From assembly GCA_934099115.1 (NCBI GenBank), contig CAKOPK010000001.1:85756-149755 (forward strand): 64,000 nt of DNA. Direction: 5' to 3'. The position numbers and the translations under genes were made by a program. Source of the DNA: an uncultured Bacilli bacterium (GTDB lineage: Bacteria > Bacillota_I > Bacilli_A > RF39 > UBA660). Positions 1 through 10,046 of this stretch are shown here, piece by piece; positions within the stretch are counted from its first letter, which is position 1, and the number at the start of each line of letters is the position of its first letter. A model generated the notes under the pieces. The model was not told where the DNA came from, ran no database searches, and worked only from the letters and a program-made list of their open reading frames with translations.

Positions 1-5
1 TTAGC

Positions 6-34
6 TTGACTAATTACTTTGTTAATGTTATTAT
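6..34 (+). promoter_or_regulatory. Candidate sigma-A promoter (TTGACT-17-TATTAT) for the 61..921 ORF
   Basis: TTGACT at 6-11, 17-nt spacer, TATTAT at 29-34, ~25 nt before the ATG. Confidence 0.45.
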
Positions 35-60
35 AGAGGCCACGCGTTAGAAAGTAGGTT

Positions 61-921
61 TTGGTTATGATTAATAATTATCCTGTAAGATTTGCCTTAA
101 TGCCAGTTTATGAAAGCGATAGTTGGCAAAATGGTGGTAATGAAGTTGAAAGAGTTTATGAAATTAATGGGTATGTAGCTTCTAAATGTTATTTATTAAA
201 AGAAGTTACTTCCTATGATAGAAATGGAGATTTTAGTTTAAGCTATAAAGTTGCTTTTCCATATTGTAGAAAAGAAAATAATACATGGGCTAGCAATGAA
301 GATGATAATCATATTTTACAAAATACTGTTGTAGTAACAGATATATTTTATACATATGATGATGCTTTAAAGGCAGCGATGATTAAAAATAATGAGATTT
401 TAACTAAGAAAATTTCTAAGTCTTTCTTTAATCAAAAAACGAGTTCTATTAGTGATACTAAAAATGCTTATTTAGAATACTTAAAATTCTTAAAAGAATT
501 AGAAATTCAAATTAAAATTAATACTGATAGTATGAAATTTCATCATCCTACCTATCCCGGATTTATTGTAAGGATTGATGGAAAAATTCAAAAAGTTGCT
601 AACATTTCTGTTTATGAGTTTATGGAGTTATACCATGATAGAAGTTTTCAAATTTATAGTGTTCAAGGGTCTCGTTTAGACAAAGCTTTTAAAAACTGTA
701 CAAGTGAGCCTTTGTCTGGGGACTTAATTGCTTATAGTAATAGAGGTGAGCATAATATTTATTTAACTAACGGATATTATTTAGACCATAATTTTACAAT
801 TCAAAAGAAAACTAATGCTATTCAAATGGAAGATGCTGAAGTTCGTGTTTATACAAGTGAAACTTTAGAAGATTTTATGATATCTTATCAAAAACATTCT
901 CCTATACAAATTAAAAAATAA
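61..921 (+). CDS. Hypothetical protein (286 aa), no recognisable family
   Basis: Long ORF behind a consensus-like promoter and followed by an intrinsic terminator. Confidence 0.5.
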   Translation: MVMINNYPVRFALMPVYESDSWQNGGNEVERVYEINGYVASKCYLLKEVTSYDRNGDFSLSYKVAFPYCRKENNTWASNEDDNHILQNTVVVTDIFYTYDDALKAAMIKNNEILTKKISKSFFNQKTSSISDTKNAYLEYLKFLKELEIQIKINTDSMKFHHPTYPGFIVRIDGKIQKVANISVYEFMELYHDRSFQIYSVQGSRLDKAFKNCTSEPLSGDLIAYSNRGEHNIYLTNGYYLDHNFTIQKKTNAIQMEDAEVRVYTSETLEDFMISYQKHSPIQIKK

Positions 922-953
922 CTAGCAAATTTTAATTACTTGCTAGTTTTTTT
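922..953. terminator. Bidirectional intrinsic terminator
   Basis: Stem ctagcaa (922-928) pairs with ttgctag (940-946), followed by a T7 run. Confidence 0.55.
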
Positions 954-1052
954 CTTATCTAAATCTTTGTTAATAAATCTTACTTTAACACCTTTTACTT
1001 TACCAAATTGTTTTTTTACTCCTTTTGGTAAATTCTTTTTGATTGTTTTCAT
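936..1052 (-). CDS. Small lysine-rich hypothetical protein (38 aa, MKTIKKNLPKGVKKQFGKVKGVKVRFINKDLDKKKTSK)
   Basis: ATG is preceded 7 nt upstream by GGAGGTG; absent from the ORF track because it is short; its 3' end overlaps the terminator hairpin. Confidence 0.3.
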   Translation of the reverse strand: MKTIKKNLPKGVKKQFGKVKGVKVRFINKDLDKKKTSK

Positions 1053-1216
1053 TAAAGTTACACCTCCGTTTGTGAAAACATTATAACACAAGTTATTCTA
1101 TTATGCATTAAAAAATAAGTACTTACATAAAAATTATAAGTAAAAAATAGTGTAAATTAAGAATAAAATACCTTGAAATTTCACAAATTTGGGATATAAT
1201 TTATAACTCTGGAGGT

Positions 1217-2095
1217 ATGATTATGAATATTATTACAAAATTTTCGCAAGTTTTAAGTAAAAATATGGGTATTAATTATAAATATATTGAACTTTTAGTT
1301 AGTACTATTCTTGTTTTAGCTATTATTGCTGTTATAAAAAAGATTGGTAGTCGTTTTATTCATTTAATTAAAAATGACCGTAAAGAATTTATTTATAATA
1401 CTAGATTTAAATTAATTTTAAATATCTTACTAGTCTTATGTTTATTCTTTGTTTGGGAAGATTATATAGAGAGCTTAATTACTTTAATTAGTTTTCTTTC
1501 AGCGGCGATAGCTTTTGCTTTAAGAGATATTATTTTAAACTGGTTTTGTGGGATTTATAATCGCATTAAAAAAATATTTAAGATAGAAGATAGAATTGAA
1601 ATAGACGGTATAAAGGGAGATGTTATTAATATATCTACTTTGGGTTTTGAAATATTAGAAATTAATGAAAAAGAAGAGAATGGACAGTCTACTGGAGTAT
1701 TTGTTAATTATCCAAATTCTGTTATATTTCAAAAACCTATCAAAAATATTACAAAGGGATTTAAATATATTTGGAATGAAATGACTATTAAAGTAGCTTT
1801 AGATAATAATATAGCTAATACTAAAAAAGAATTATATAGAATTATTAATAGTATTGAAGAAATTAAAAATACGCCTAGAAAAATGAAAAAAGCTGTTAGT
1901 AATATTAATGCTGAGTATCGTATTTATTTTAATCAATATGACCCGATGGTTTATACAAAAATTGTTGATAATCATGTTGAATTAACATTAAGATTTTTAG
2001 TTAATCCTAAGAAAGCTAGATTTATTGAGTCTAAGATATGGAATCAAATATTTTTATCTATTAAAAGTGGGAAAATAGTGTTATTAGATAGTTAA
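1217..2095 (+). CDS. MscS-family mechanosensitive channel-like membrane protein
   Basis: N-terminal TM helices followed by a MscS-like beta domain (…IEIDGIKGDVINISTLGFEILE…). Confidence 0.55.
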   Translation: MIMNIITKFSQVLSKNMGINYKYIELLVSTILVLAIIAVIKKIGSRFIHLIKNDRKEFIYNTRFKLILNILLVLCLFFVWEDYIESLITLISFLSAAIAFALRDIILNWFCGIYNRIKKIFKIEDRIEIDGIKGDVINISTLGFEILEINEKEENGQSTGVFVNYPNSVIFQKPIKNITKGFKYIWNEMTIKVALDNNIANTKKELYRIINSIEEIKNTPRKMKKAVSNINAEYRIYFNQYDPMVYTKIVDNHVELTLRFLVNPKKARFIESKIWNQIFLSIKSGKIVLLDS

Positions 2096-2097
2096 AC

Positions 2098-2126
2098 TTG
2101 ACGAACATATTTTTGCTTGGTATAAT
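2098..2126 (+). promoter_or_regulatory. Candidate sigma-A promoter for uvrB (TTGACG-17-TATAAT)
   Basis: TTGACG at 2098-2103, 17-nt spacer, TATAAT at 2121-2126. Confidence 0.5.
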
Positions 2127-2207
2127 AGATATATATTTTTAGATTATCTGTATCAAAATAAATTATGTTGGGAATTATATTAAAAAGATGGTGTTAGGGA
2201 GGTTATT

Positions 2208-4160
2208 ATGTTTCAATTAGTGTCTAAGTATAAGCCTAGTGGAGACCAACCACTAGCGATTAAAGAATTAGTTGATGGTATTAAAGAAGGTAAAAAAGAG
2301 CAAGTTTTATTGGGTGCAACGGGCACTGGTAAAACTTTTACAATTGCAAATGTTATACAAGAAGTAGATAAACCCACTTTAGTTCTTGCTCATAACAAAA
2401 CTTTGGCTGGTCAATTGTATTCCGAGTTGAAGGAATTATTTCCTAATAATCATGTCGAGTACTTTGTATCTTATTATGATTACTATCAACCGGAAGCGTA
2501 TGTTCCTCAAAGCGATACTTATATTGAAAAAGATAGTTCTATTAATGATGAAATTGATGAATTAAGACATGGAGCTACTAGTGCTTTAATTAATTATAGA
2601 GATGTTATTGTAGTTTCTAGCGTTTCTTGTATATATGGTATTGGTGAAAAGGAAGAATATGAAAAATCTATGCTTATTTTGACTGTTAATGATGAAATGA
2701 AGAGAAACGATATTATTAATCGTTTAGTAGATATGACTTATGAGCGAAGTGATATAGATTTTCATCGTGGTACTTTTAGAATTCGTGGGGATATTATTGA
2801 TGTAATACCTGCGAATGAGCATGAATATGGAATACGCATTGAATTATTTGGAAATACTATAGATAGAATTTCTACTTTTGACCCTATAACTGGAGTTATT
2901 ATTGCAGATAAAAAAACTATTACTATTTCCCCTGCTTCTCACTTTGTTACTAGTCCAGAAAAGTTAGAGAAAGCTATTGTAAGGATTGAAGACGAACTAA
3001 AGAATAGACTTGCAGAGCTTAAAAGCGCCGGTAAACTTATTGAAGAGCAAAGATTAAGAGAAAGAACAAATTATGATATTGAAATGCTTAAAGAAACAGG
3101 TTTTTGTAATGGAGTTGAAAATTACTCGAGACATTTAGCTTTAAGAGATGCTGGAGAAACTCCTACTTGTTTAATAGATTTCTTTCCTAAAGACTTTTTA
3201 TTAGTAGTTGATGAATCTCATGTTACTTTACCTCAAGTTAGAGGAATGTATAATGGAGACAGAATGCGTAAATCCACTCTTGTTGAATATGGATTTCGTT
3301 TACCTAGTGCTTTAGATAATAGACCTCTTAATTTTACAGAATTTGAGAGTAAGATTAATCAAGCAATTTATGTATCTGCTACTCCTGGAGATTATGAGTT
3401 AGAGCATACTGGTGGAAAATATGTAGAACAAATTATTAGACCAACAGGGTTATTAGATCCAACCATAGTTGTTAAACCTAGTGAAGGACAAATTGATGAT
3501 ATTATAGAACAAATTAAGATTAGAAAAGAGAAAAATGAAAGGGTTTTAATTACTACTTTAACTATTCGAATGAGTGAAGAACTTACTAATTATTTAAAAG
3601 AAATGAATATTAAAGTGGCTTATCTTCATAGCGAAATTAAGACTTTAGAAAGATTAAAAATTATTCATGATTTAAGACTTGGAGTTTATGATTGTATTGT
3701 TGGTATTAATCTTTTACGAGAAGGTTTAGATATTCCTGAAGTTAGTTTAATATGTATTTTAGATGCTGATAAACAAGGTTTTTTAAGAAGTGATAGAAGT
3801 TTAATTCAAACTATTGGTAGAGCAGCTAGAAATGAAAACGGAGAAGTTATCATGTATGCAGATACTATTAGTGATGCTATGAATAAAGCTATAACTGAAA
3901 CAAAAAGACGTAGAGAAATACAAGAAGAATATAATAAAGAACATCATATTAAACCAACTACTATAGTTAAGGCTATTAAAGAAGTTGTTTCTAATGAAAC
4001 TATAAATAAAACAAAAAAACCTAAGATGTCTAAGAAAGAAAAAGAAAATATTTTAATGACTTTAGAGCAAGAAATGAAAGAAGCAGCTAAAAATTTAGAT
4101 TTTGAAAGAGCTATGGAATTAAGAGATATTATATTTGAAATGAAAAAGAAAGAAAAATAG
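2208..4160 (+). CDS. uvrB: Excinuclease ABC subunit B
   Basis: Walker A GATGTGKT, helicase motifs, UvrB interaction domain and C-terminal UVR coiled coil. Confidence 0.95.
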   Translation: MFQLVSKYKPSGDQPLAIKELVDGIKEGKKEQVLLGATGTGKTFTIANVIQEVDKPTLVLAHNKTLAGQLYSELKELFPNNHVEYFVSYYDYYQPEAYVPQSDTYIEKDSSINDEIDELRHGATSALINYRDVIVVSSVSCIYGIGEKEEYEKSMLILTVNDEMKRNDIINRLVDMTYERSDIDFHRGTFRIRGDIIDVIPANEHEYGIRIELFGNTIDRISTFDPITGVIIADKKTITISPASHFVTSPEKLEKAIVRIEDELKNRLAELKSAGKLIEEQRLRERTNYDIEMLKETGFCNGVENYSRHLALRDAGETPTCLIDFFPKDFLLVVDESHVTLPQVRGMYNGDRMRKSTLVEYGFRLPSALDNRPLNFTEFESKINQAIYVSATPGDYELEHTGGKYVEQIIRPTGLLDPTIVVKPSEGQIDDIIEQIKIRKEKNERVLITTLTIRMSEELTNYLKEMNIKVAYLHSEIKTLERLKIIHDLRLGVYDCIVGINLLREGLDIPEVSLICILDADKQGFLRSDRSLIQTIGRAARNENGEVIMYADTISDAMNKAITETKRRREIQEEYNKEHHIKPTTIVKAIKEVVSNETINKTKKPKMSKKEKENILMTLEQEMKEAAKNLDFERAMELRDIIFEMKKKEK

Positions 4161-4235
4161 GAATGTTATTAGATTAGCATTTCTTTTTATTGCAAGTATC
4201 TAAGTTTTGTGATACTCTATTTTTAGAGGTGAATT

Positions 4236-6080
4236 ATGAAGAAGTTGGTAATCTTTATAATCAGTGTTTTAACTTCTTTATCTATTTATAGTGAAATTGT
4301 GTTAAAAGAAATGATTATTGCTTATGATAAAATAAAAGAATTAGATTTAGTACAATTAGCTAGTTTTAGTTATAAAAACACTAGTTTTTTACTTATTGCT
4401 ATTATTACTTGTTTTTTATATTTCTTTTATAATAAATATAAAAATATAAAAAGAGAGAAAGCTTATAATTTTTTAAGTATTATATTTGCTCTTTTATTAG
4501 TGTTTGGTTATAGTTATAGTGTTGTTGGTAATTCTAGTTTAGTTACTGGTTCTTTACTGCTATTTTTGGTATCTATTATTAAAACTATTTCCTATTATTT
4601 GTTTTTGTCTACTATATTAAATTTAATTGCTAGTAAAATTAAGTTAATAGATATTTCTAAAATTAAATTACCAAGTATTTTAAATAAATTTCAAAATTAT
4701 TATGAACAGCATCCTTATAAAACCACTTTACTTGTTATATTAATAGCGTGGTTACCCTATATTATTAGTTTTTATCCTGCTATATTATCTCCTGACCCAT
4801 CTAATCAAATTAAACAATATTATGGATTAGAAACTTCTTATTCTAAAAGTGTTCAATTAATTGATGAAAATGTTTTAATTACTAATCATCATCCAGTTTT
4901 TCATACTTTTATTTTAGGAGGATTTACTAAAATAGGCTCAATGTTAGGAAGTTTTAATTTTGGATTATTTCTTTTTACTTGTTTTCAACTTTTTGTAGTT
5001 ATAAGTGCTATTATATATATGTTAGTTTATTTACAAAAATTAAAAGTTCCTTTTTTATATCGTTTTATTATTTTATTAATGTTTGCTTTTGTTCCTGTTT
5101 TTCCATTATATGCTTTATCTTGTGTTAAAGATACCTTTTTTGGAGCTTTACTTGTATTCTTAATTATAGAATTACATAAGATATTAAGTAATTCCACTTA
5201 TACTAAGAAAGATTATTTTGGATTAACTCTATTATTACTAATTATGATGTTAGTTAGAAATAATGGTGTTTATATATTATTTATTTCTATTGTTACTTTA
5301 ATTTTTGTTGTAAAAAATAAGAAAAGTTCACTTATTTTGGTTTTACTTATAAGTGTTAGTTTATATGAAGCTCATAATAAAATATTACTTCCTAATATGC
5401 ATATTTCTATGGGAAGTATTAGAGAAATGTTATCTGTACCATTTCAGCAAACTGCTAGATATGTCTATTATTATGGGGATGAATTAACTAATCAAGAAAT
5501 AGAAGCAATAGATAAAGTTTTGGGTTATGAGACACTTGCTAGTAGATATAAGCCTAATATTGCTGACCCTGTTAAAAATGAATACAATAAAGATGCTACT
5601 ACTAAAGATTTAAAAGAATATTTTAATGTTTGGTTTCATGGATTATTAAAACATCCAGGGGTATATATAGATGCTACTGTTAATACCGTTTATGGATATT
5701 TTTATCCTAATACTTCTAATTGGTATGTATATCATAATTATGATAAGAGATTAAAAAAGAAAGGTTTTGATTATCACTATAATAAGTTAAAGACTTCAAG
5801 AAGTGTATTGGAAAGTTTTGCGGTTTCTTATCCTTATATTCCAGCTTTAGGAGCTCAAGTTAATATCGGATTTAATATTTGGGTTTATATGTTTCTTGTA
5901 GCATATTTAATTACAGAAAAGAAAAAGAAATATATTGTTTTATTAGTTCCTGCTTTTGTTTTACTTCTTACTTGTGTAGTAGGACCTGTTAATACTTATT
6001 TTAGATATATGTTTCCTCTTGTTTTATCATTACCTTTACTTATAGGTATTATATATCAAGAAACTAAGAAAAACGCATAG
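4236..6080 (+). CDS. Polytopic integral membrane protein (614 aa, more than 12 predicted TM helices); function unknown, possibly glycosyltransferase-like
   Basis: Hydrophobic segments along the whole length; no diagnostic catalytic motif recognised. Confidence 0.5.
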   Translation: MKKLVIFIISVLTSLSIYSEIVLKEMIIAYDKIKELDLVQLASFSYKNTSFLLIAIITCFLYFFYNKYKNIKREKAYNFLSIIFALLLVFGYSYSVVGNSSLVTGSLLLFLVSIIKTISYYLFLSTILNLIASKIKLIDISKIKLPSILNKFQNYYEQHPYKTTLLVILIAWLPYIISFYPAILSPDPSNQIKQYYGLETSYSKSVQLIDENVLITNHHPVFHTFILGGFTKIGSMLGSFNFGLFLFTCFQLFVVISAIIYMLVYLQKLKVPFLYRFIILLMFAFVPVFPLYALSCVKDTFFGALLVFLIIELHKILSNSTYTKKDYFGLTLLLLIMMLVRNNGVYILFISIVTLIFVVKNKKSSLILVLLISVSLYEAHNKILLPNMHISMGSIREMLSVPFQQTARYVYYYGDELTNQEIEAIDKVLGYETLASRYKPNIADPVKNEYNKDATTKDLKEYFNVWFHGLLKHPGVYIDATVNTVYGYFYPNTSNWYVYHNYDKRLKKKGFDYHYNKLKTSRSVLESFAVSYPYIPALGAQVNIGFNIWVYMFLVAYLITEKKKKYIVLLVPAFVLLLTCVVGPVNTYFRYMFPLVLSLPLLIGIIYQETKKNA

Positions 6081-6094
6081 AGCGTTTTTTATTT

Positions 6095-6556
6095 TTATAA
6101 TTTTTTTGTATTTGTTTTTCCTAAAAGATAGTCTGCACTTATATTATATTTCTTACAAATTGTATATAGAAAAGGAGTTGCTATTATGTTTTTTCCCCTT
6201 TCATACTCTGTTATGGTAGTTCTACTTACATTTAAAATTTTGGCTAATTTTTCTTGGGTTAGTTTATTTTCTTTTCTAAATTCTTTTAATCTAGTGCTAG
6301 ATAAAGCTTTATTTATATCTTCTTTTAGATCTTTATAAGTTAGTTCTTTATTAAATTTAAATATATAATCTATAGATACTTTATAGAAATTACATAAAGT
6401 ATTTAAGTGTTTAATGGGTATTATTCTAGTTTCATTTTCATAATGGCAATATTGAGTGTGATCTATTTTTAAAAGATTTGCTATATATATTTGAGATAGT
6501 TCTTTTTCTTCTCTTAAATATCTAAGTTGTATACCATAATTCATAATTACCACCAA
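6095..6556 (-). CDS. Tandem-HTH XRE-family transcriptional regulator (paralog 1 of 3)
   Basis: Two Cro/C1-type HTH units; C-terminal ~60 aa almost identical to the 7974..8426 and 17205..17657 proteins (…LKEFRKENKLTQEKLAK…YTICKKYNISADYLLGK). Confidence 0.7.
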   Translation of the reverse strand: MVVIMNYGIQLRYLREEKELSQIYIANLLKIDHTQYCHYENETRIIPIKHLNTLCNFYKVSIDYIFKFNKELTYKDLKEDINKALSSTRLKEFRKENKLTQEKLAKILNVSRTTITEYERGKNIIATPFLYTICKKYNISADYLLGKTNTKKL

Positions 6557-6616
6557 GTTAATTTTCTCATATAATTATTTTGCTTAATTTTTAGTTGGCA
6601 AATAATGACATTTTTG

Positions 6617-6645
6617 TTGACTTTCAATATACTTGATAATATAAT
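6617..6645 (+). promoter_or_regulatory. Perfect-consensus sigma-A promoter (TTGACT-17-TATAAT) for surface-protein paralog 1
   Basis: Lies in a ~85-bp block conserved upstream of all three paralogs; flanked by inverted hexamers TATACT…AGTATA. Confidence 0.6.
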
Positions 6646-6689
6646 TTTAGTATAGAGTAGAAAATTCTATGATAGAAAGGTGATAGAAA

Positions 6690-7937
6690 ATGAAAATAAA
6701 AACGTTAAAAAGAAATAGAAAATATTTTTATATGGGTATTATATGTGGAGTTATACTTCTTAGTATTTTAGTATTTAATGTATCAAGAGCTAAATATAAG
6801 AGTACGGAAAGTATTGAGCTTGCTAGAGGAACTATTAATTATACAGTTCCAGATTTAAATTTAGTATCTATGTATGTTAATGATAATGGAGAATATAAAG
6901 GAACAGATACAGTACCTCAGAGTGGTTATAAATTAAATCAAGAAAAAAGTTATTGTACAATTAATGGAAATAAAGAAAGTTCTATTATTATTGATTATAA
7001 TAATGGAAAATTAAATGTAAATAATTTAACCAAAAAAGGGACAAAATGTTATTTGTATTTTGATAAATTATCTGCAAAAGATACACTTGCAAAATTTAGA
7101 GGAATTAATTCTATATTAACTAGAACAGATTTTAGTACCATATTAAGCACAGATACAACCGGAACAATCTATAGTGCCGCAGATGATTATGGAACAAGTT
7201 ATTACTTTGCAGGAAATCCAACAGACAACTGGGTTAAGTTTGCAGGATTCTATTGGAGAATAATCAGAATCAATGGAGATGGAACAATAAGAATGATTTA
7301 CCAAGGAGATTCTGCTAATACAACGGGTACAGGAACTCAAATAGGAACAAGTACTTTCAATAGTAATTATAACGACAATATGTATGTAGGATATCAATAT
7401 ACAAACAATGAAGTACATGGAAGAGGAACAGATAGCAATATAAAGGGCGTTCTTGATAGTTGGTATAATAGCAATTTAAATAGTTATTCTGAGTATATTG
7501 CAACTGGAGAGGGAGCAACTTTTTGCAATGATAGACTGACTTATTTTGGTACTGGTTTAGATAATACCGATACTTTCTATGCTCCACGCAACAGACTTTT
7601 TGATAAAAAGGATCCAAGTTTCAAATGTCAAAATGATAGTGATAAATTTGATGTATCTATTGGATTAGTTACAGCAGATGAAGTAGCGTATGCTGGAGGT
7701 GTTTGCAATATTAATAATCAATCATATTACTTAAACACTAATCAGCAATATTGGACAATATCTCCAGGGCTTTTTTATAACGGTAATGTATATATGTTTA
7801 ATGTATATTCAGACGGAACTTTAAATGGTTACTATACTAATAATTTTTATGGCGTTAGACCTGTTATCAATTTAAAAGCCGATGTTAATTTTTCAAGTGG
7901 TAATGGTACTAATTCTGACCCTTTTCTTATATCTTAA
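6690..7937 (+). CDS. Secreted/surface protein, paralog 1 (415 aa): N-terminal TM/signal, conserved Cys-pair N-domain, YYFAGNPTDNWVKF…WRIIRINGDGTIRMIY core, conserved C-terminus GVRPVINLKADV.FSSG.GT
   Basis: Basic N-terminus plus a hydrophobic helix; three paralogs in the window share the same promoter and domain order. Confidence 0.65.
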   Translation: MKIKTLKRNRKYFYMGIICGVILLSILVFNVSRAKYKSTESIELARGTINYTVPDLNLVSMYVNDNGEYKGTDTVPQSGYKLNQEKSYCTINGNKESSIIIDYNNGKLNVNNLTKKGTKCYLYFDKLSAKDTLAKFRGINSILTRTDFSTILSTDTTGTIYSAADDYGTSYYFAGNPTDNWVKFAGFYWRIIRINGDGTIRMIYQGDSANTTGTGTQIGTSTFNSNYNDNMYVGYQYTNNEVHGRGTDSNIKGVLDSWYNSNLNSYSEYIATGEGATFCNDRLTYFGTGLDNTDTFYAPRNRLFDKKDPSFKCQNDSDKFDVSIGLVTADEVAYAGGVCNINNQSYYLNTNQQYWTISPGLFYNGNVYMFNVYSDGTLNGYYTNNFYGVRPVINLKADVNFSSGNGTNSDPFLIS

Positions 7938-7973
7938 AGTTTAATTTTAGAGTGACACTAGTAATAGTGTTTT

Positions 7974-8426
7974 TTATAATTTCATAGGATTATCTATTTT
8001 TCCCAAAAGATAATCTGCACTTATATTATATTTCTTGCAAATTGTATACAAGTACCCTGTTGATATTAAAGTATTATTTTTTTCATAACTTGATATTACA
8101 GAGTGACTTGTATTTAATAACTTTGCTAGTTTTTCTTGAGTTAGTTTATTTTCTTTTCTAAATTCTTTTAATCTTCTACATGTCTCTTCCCTATCTATTT
8201 CATCTCTTATATTTATATACTTTTTTTCTTTTGATAACTCAAATATATAATCTATTGATACTTGAAAATAGTTACATAGTTTATTTAAATGAGTTAAAGG
8301 AATTATTTTGTCTGCTATTTCATATTGAGAATACAACCCTCTTGAAATTTCTAGCATTTTTGATATTTCACTTTGAGTTAAATTTTTTTCGTTTCTTAAT
8401 CTTTTTAATGTACTTGTATAAAACAT
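7974..8426 (-). CDS. Tandem-HTH XRE-family transcriptional regulator (paralog 2)
   Basis: Same architecture and C-terminus as 6095..6556. Confidence 0.7.
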   Translation of the reverse strand: MFYTSTLKRLRNEKNLTQSEISKMLEISRGLYSQYEIADKIIPLTHLNKLCNYFQVSIDYIFELSKEKKYINIRDEIDREETCRRLKEFRKENKLTQEKLAKLLNTSHSVISSYEKNNTLISTGYLYTICKKYNISADYLLGKIDNPMKL

Positions 8427-8499
8427 TTAAATCACCAAAAGTATTGTCTCATTTTAAATTAAGCTGCAGAAGTTTATGCACCTAAATACGACATTTTTA

Positions 8500-8528
8500 T
8501 TGACTTTCAATATACTTGATAATATAAT
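8500..8528 (+). promoter_or_regulatory. Perfect-consensus sigma-A promoter for surface-protein paralog 2
   Basis: TTGACT at 8500-8505, 17 nt, TATAAT at 8523-8528; block near-identical to 6610-6690. Confidence 0.6.
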
Positions 8529-8572
8529 TTTAGTATAGAGTAGAAAATTCTATGATAGAAAGGTAATAGAAA

Positions 8573-9832
8573 ATGAAAATAAAAACATTAAAAAGAAATA
8601 AGTTAAAGAAGTATGGAGGAATTGTATTAGTGTTTATAGCAGTTATTGTAACAGTAGTACAATTAACATCAAGAGCTAAATATAGAACTACACAAAGTAT
8701 TAAACTTGCTAGAGGAACTATTAATTATACAGTGCCAGATTTAAATTTAGTATCTATTTATATCGAAGATAATGGAATTTATAAAGGGACAGATACAGTA
8801 CCACAAAGTGGTTATAAATTAAATTATGATAAAAGTTATTGTGCAGTAAATGGAAATAAAGATAGTTCTATAACTTTTGATTATAATAATGAAAAATTAA
8901 ATGTAAATAATTTAACAAAAAAGGGAACAAAATGTTATTTGTATTTTGATAAATTATCTGCAAAAGATACACTTGCAAAATTTGTAGGAATTAATTCTAT
9001 ATTAACCAGGACAGATTTTAGTACCATATTAGGCACAGATACAACTGGAATAATATATAGTGCCGAAGATGACTATGGAACAAGCTATTATTTTGCAGGA
9101 AATCCAACAGATAACTGGGTTAAATTTGGAGAATTCTATTGGAGAATAATCAGAATCAATGGCGATGGCACAATCAGGATGATATATCAAGGAACCAGTG
9201 CCAATACAACGGGTACAGGAACACAAACAGCAACAAGTGTCTTCAATGGTTATTCTAACGACAATATGTATGTAGGATACCAATACACAAGTGGATATGT
9301 TCATGGAAGAGGAACAGATAGTACTATAAAAGGAGTACTAGATAACTGGTATAACAGTAATCTAAGTGGTTATGCAAGTAAAATAGCAACAGGAGGAGGA
9401 GCGAATTTTTGTAATGATAGAACACCATATAGTGGAAGTGGTATAGGTACAAATGAAACCTATTATGCAGCTTATAATAGATTAGCAAGCAATAAAGCAC
9501 CAACATTAAAGTGTGCGGATACAAGAGATAGATTTGCAACATCAGTAGGATTAATCACAGCCGATGAAGTAGCGTATGCAGGAGTAGTAAATGGTTCTAA
9601 TAACTTTGGCTATTACTTATATACTGGCCATGATTACTGGACAATGGCTCCATGCATCTTAAACTCTAACGGTATTGCGGGCGTGTTCTATGTGACTTCG
9701 GGTGGCGCCCTCGGCGGCAGCATAGTAGACTGGACTAATCCTGGAGTCCGTCCTGTTATCAATTTAAAAGCTGATGTATCTTTTTCTAGTGGGGATGGTA
9801 CTGCTTCTAATCCGTATGTTGTTGCAAATTAA
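8573..9832 (+). CDS. Secreted/surface protein, paralog 2 (419 aa)
   Basis: Collinear with paralog 1; contains an ~90-bp GC-rich patch at 9665-9760. Confidence 0.65.
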   Translation: MKIKTLKRNKLKKYGGIVLVFIAVIVTVVQLTSRAKYRTTQSIKLARGTINYTVPDLNLVSIYIEDNGIYKGTDTVPQSGYKLNYDKSYCAVNGNKDSSITFDYNNEKLNVNNLTKKGTKCYLYFDKLSAKDTLAKFVGINSILTRTDFSTILGTDTTGIIYSAEDDYGTSYYFAGNPTDNWVKFGEFYWRIIRINGDGTIRMIYQGTSANTTGTGTQTATSVFNGYSNDNMYVGYQYTSGYVHGRGTDSTIKGVLDNWYNSNLSGYASKIATGGGANFCNDRTPYSGSGIGTNETYYAAYNRLASNKAPTLKCADTRDRFATSVGLITADEVAYAGVVNGSNNFGYYLYTGHDYWTMAPCILNSNGIAGVFYVTSGGALGGSIVDWTNPGVRPVINLKADVSFSSGDGTASNPYVVAN

Positions 9833-9833
9833 A

Positions 9834-9865
9834 AGTTGATAATGTAAAACTTATCAACTTTTGTT
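9834..9865 (+). terminator. Intrinsic terminator after paralog 2
   Basis: agttgataa (9834-9842) pairs with ttatcaact (9851-9859), followed by a T-run. Confidence 0.55.
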
Positions 9866-10046
9866 ATGAAATAAAAGTTATAATAAAGCTTGTTAAAAGA
9901 TAACTTCCTATAAAGCTTAGAGAAAGTACTAGTAGTTTTGCTTCTATTTCTTTATTTTGTTTCATTATAGCGTTTATATTTATACCATTAAATATAAAGA
10001 TAAACATCATTGTAAAGAATACATAAAGATAGATTTCTATTTTCAT
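9864..10046 (-). CDS. Small hydrophobic protein (60 aa) immediately downstream of rpiB
   Basis: Two predicted TM segments; 1-nt overlap with the rpiB stop; weak support. Confidence 0.25.
   Translation of the reverse strand: MKIEIYLYVFFTMMFIFIFNGININAIMKQNKEIEAKLLVLSLSFIGSYLLTSFIITFIS

Noticed and set aside
2096-2207. Possible LexA (Cheo) box upstream of uvrB
   Set aside because: Only a half-site (CGAAC) is present; the GTTC arm of GAAC-N4-GTTC is missing.
6690-6780. Type IV pilin / class III signal peptide at the paralog N-termini
   Set aside because: The G/FTLxE prepilin motif is absent; the hydrophobic helix is followed by SRAKY rather than a prepilin peptidase site.
7143-7617. Minus-strand ORFs 7143-7418 and 7357-7617, and likewise 9029-9304, 9324-9542, 18362-18589 and 19267-19527
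   Set aside because: They are antisense ORFs inside the surface-protein genes. Their low-complexity Cys/Tyr-rich translations, lack of an RBS and complete overlap with well-supported sense CDS mark them as artefacts.
8180-8485. Plus-strand ORF 8180-8485
   Set aside because: Antisense to the XRE regulator paralog 2; no RBS and a hydrophobic, low-complexity product.
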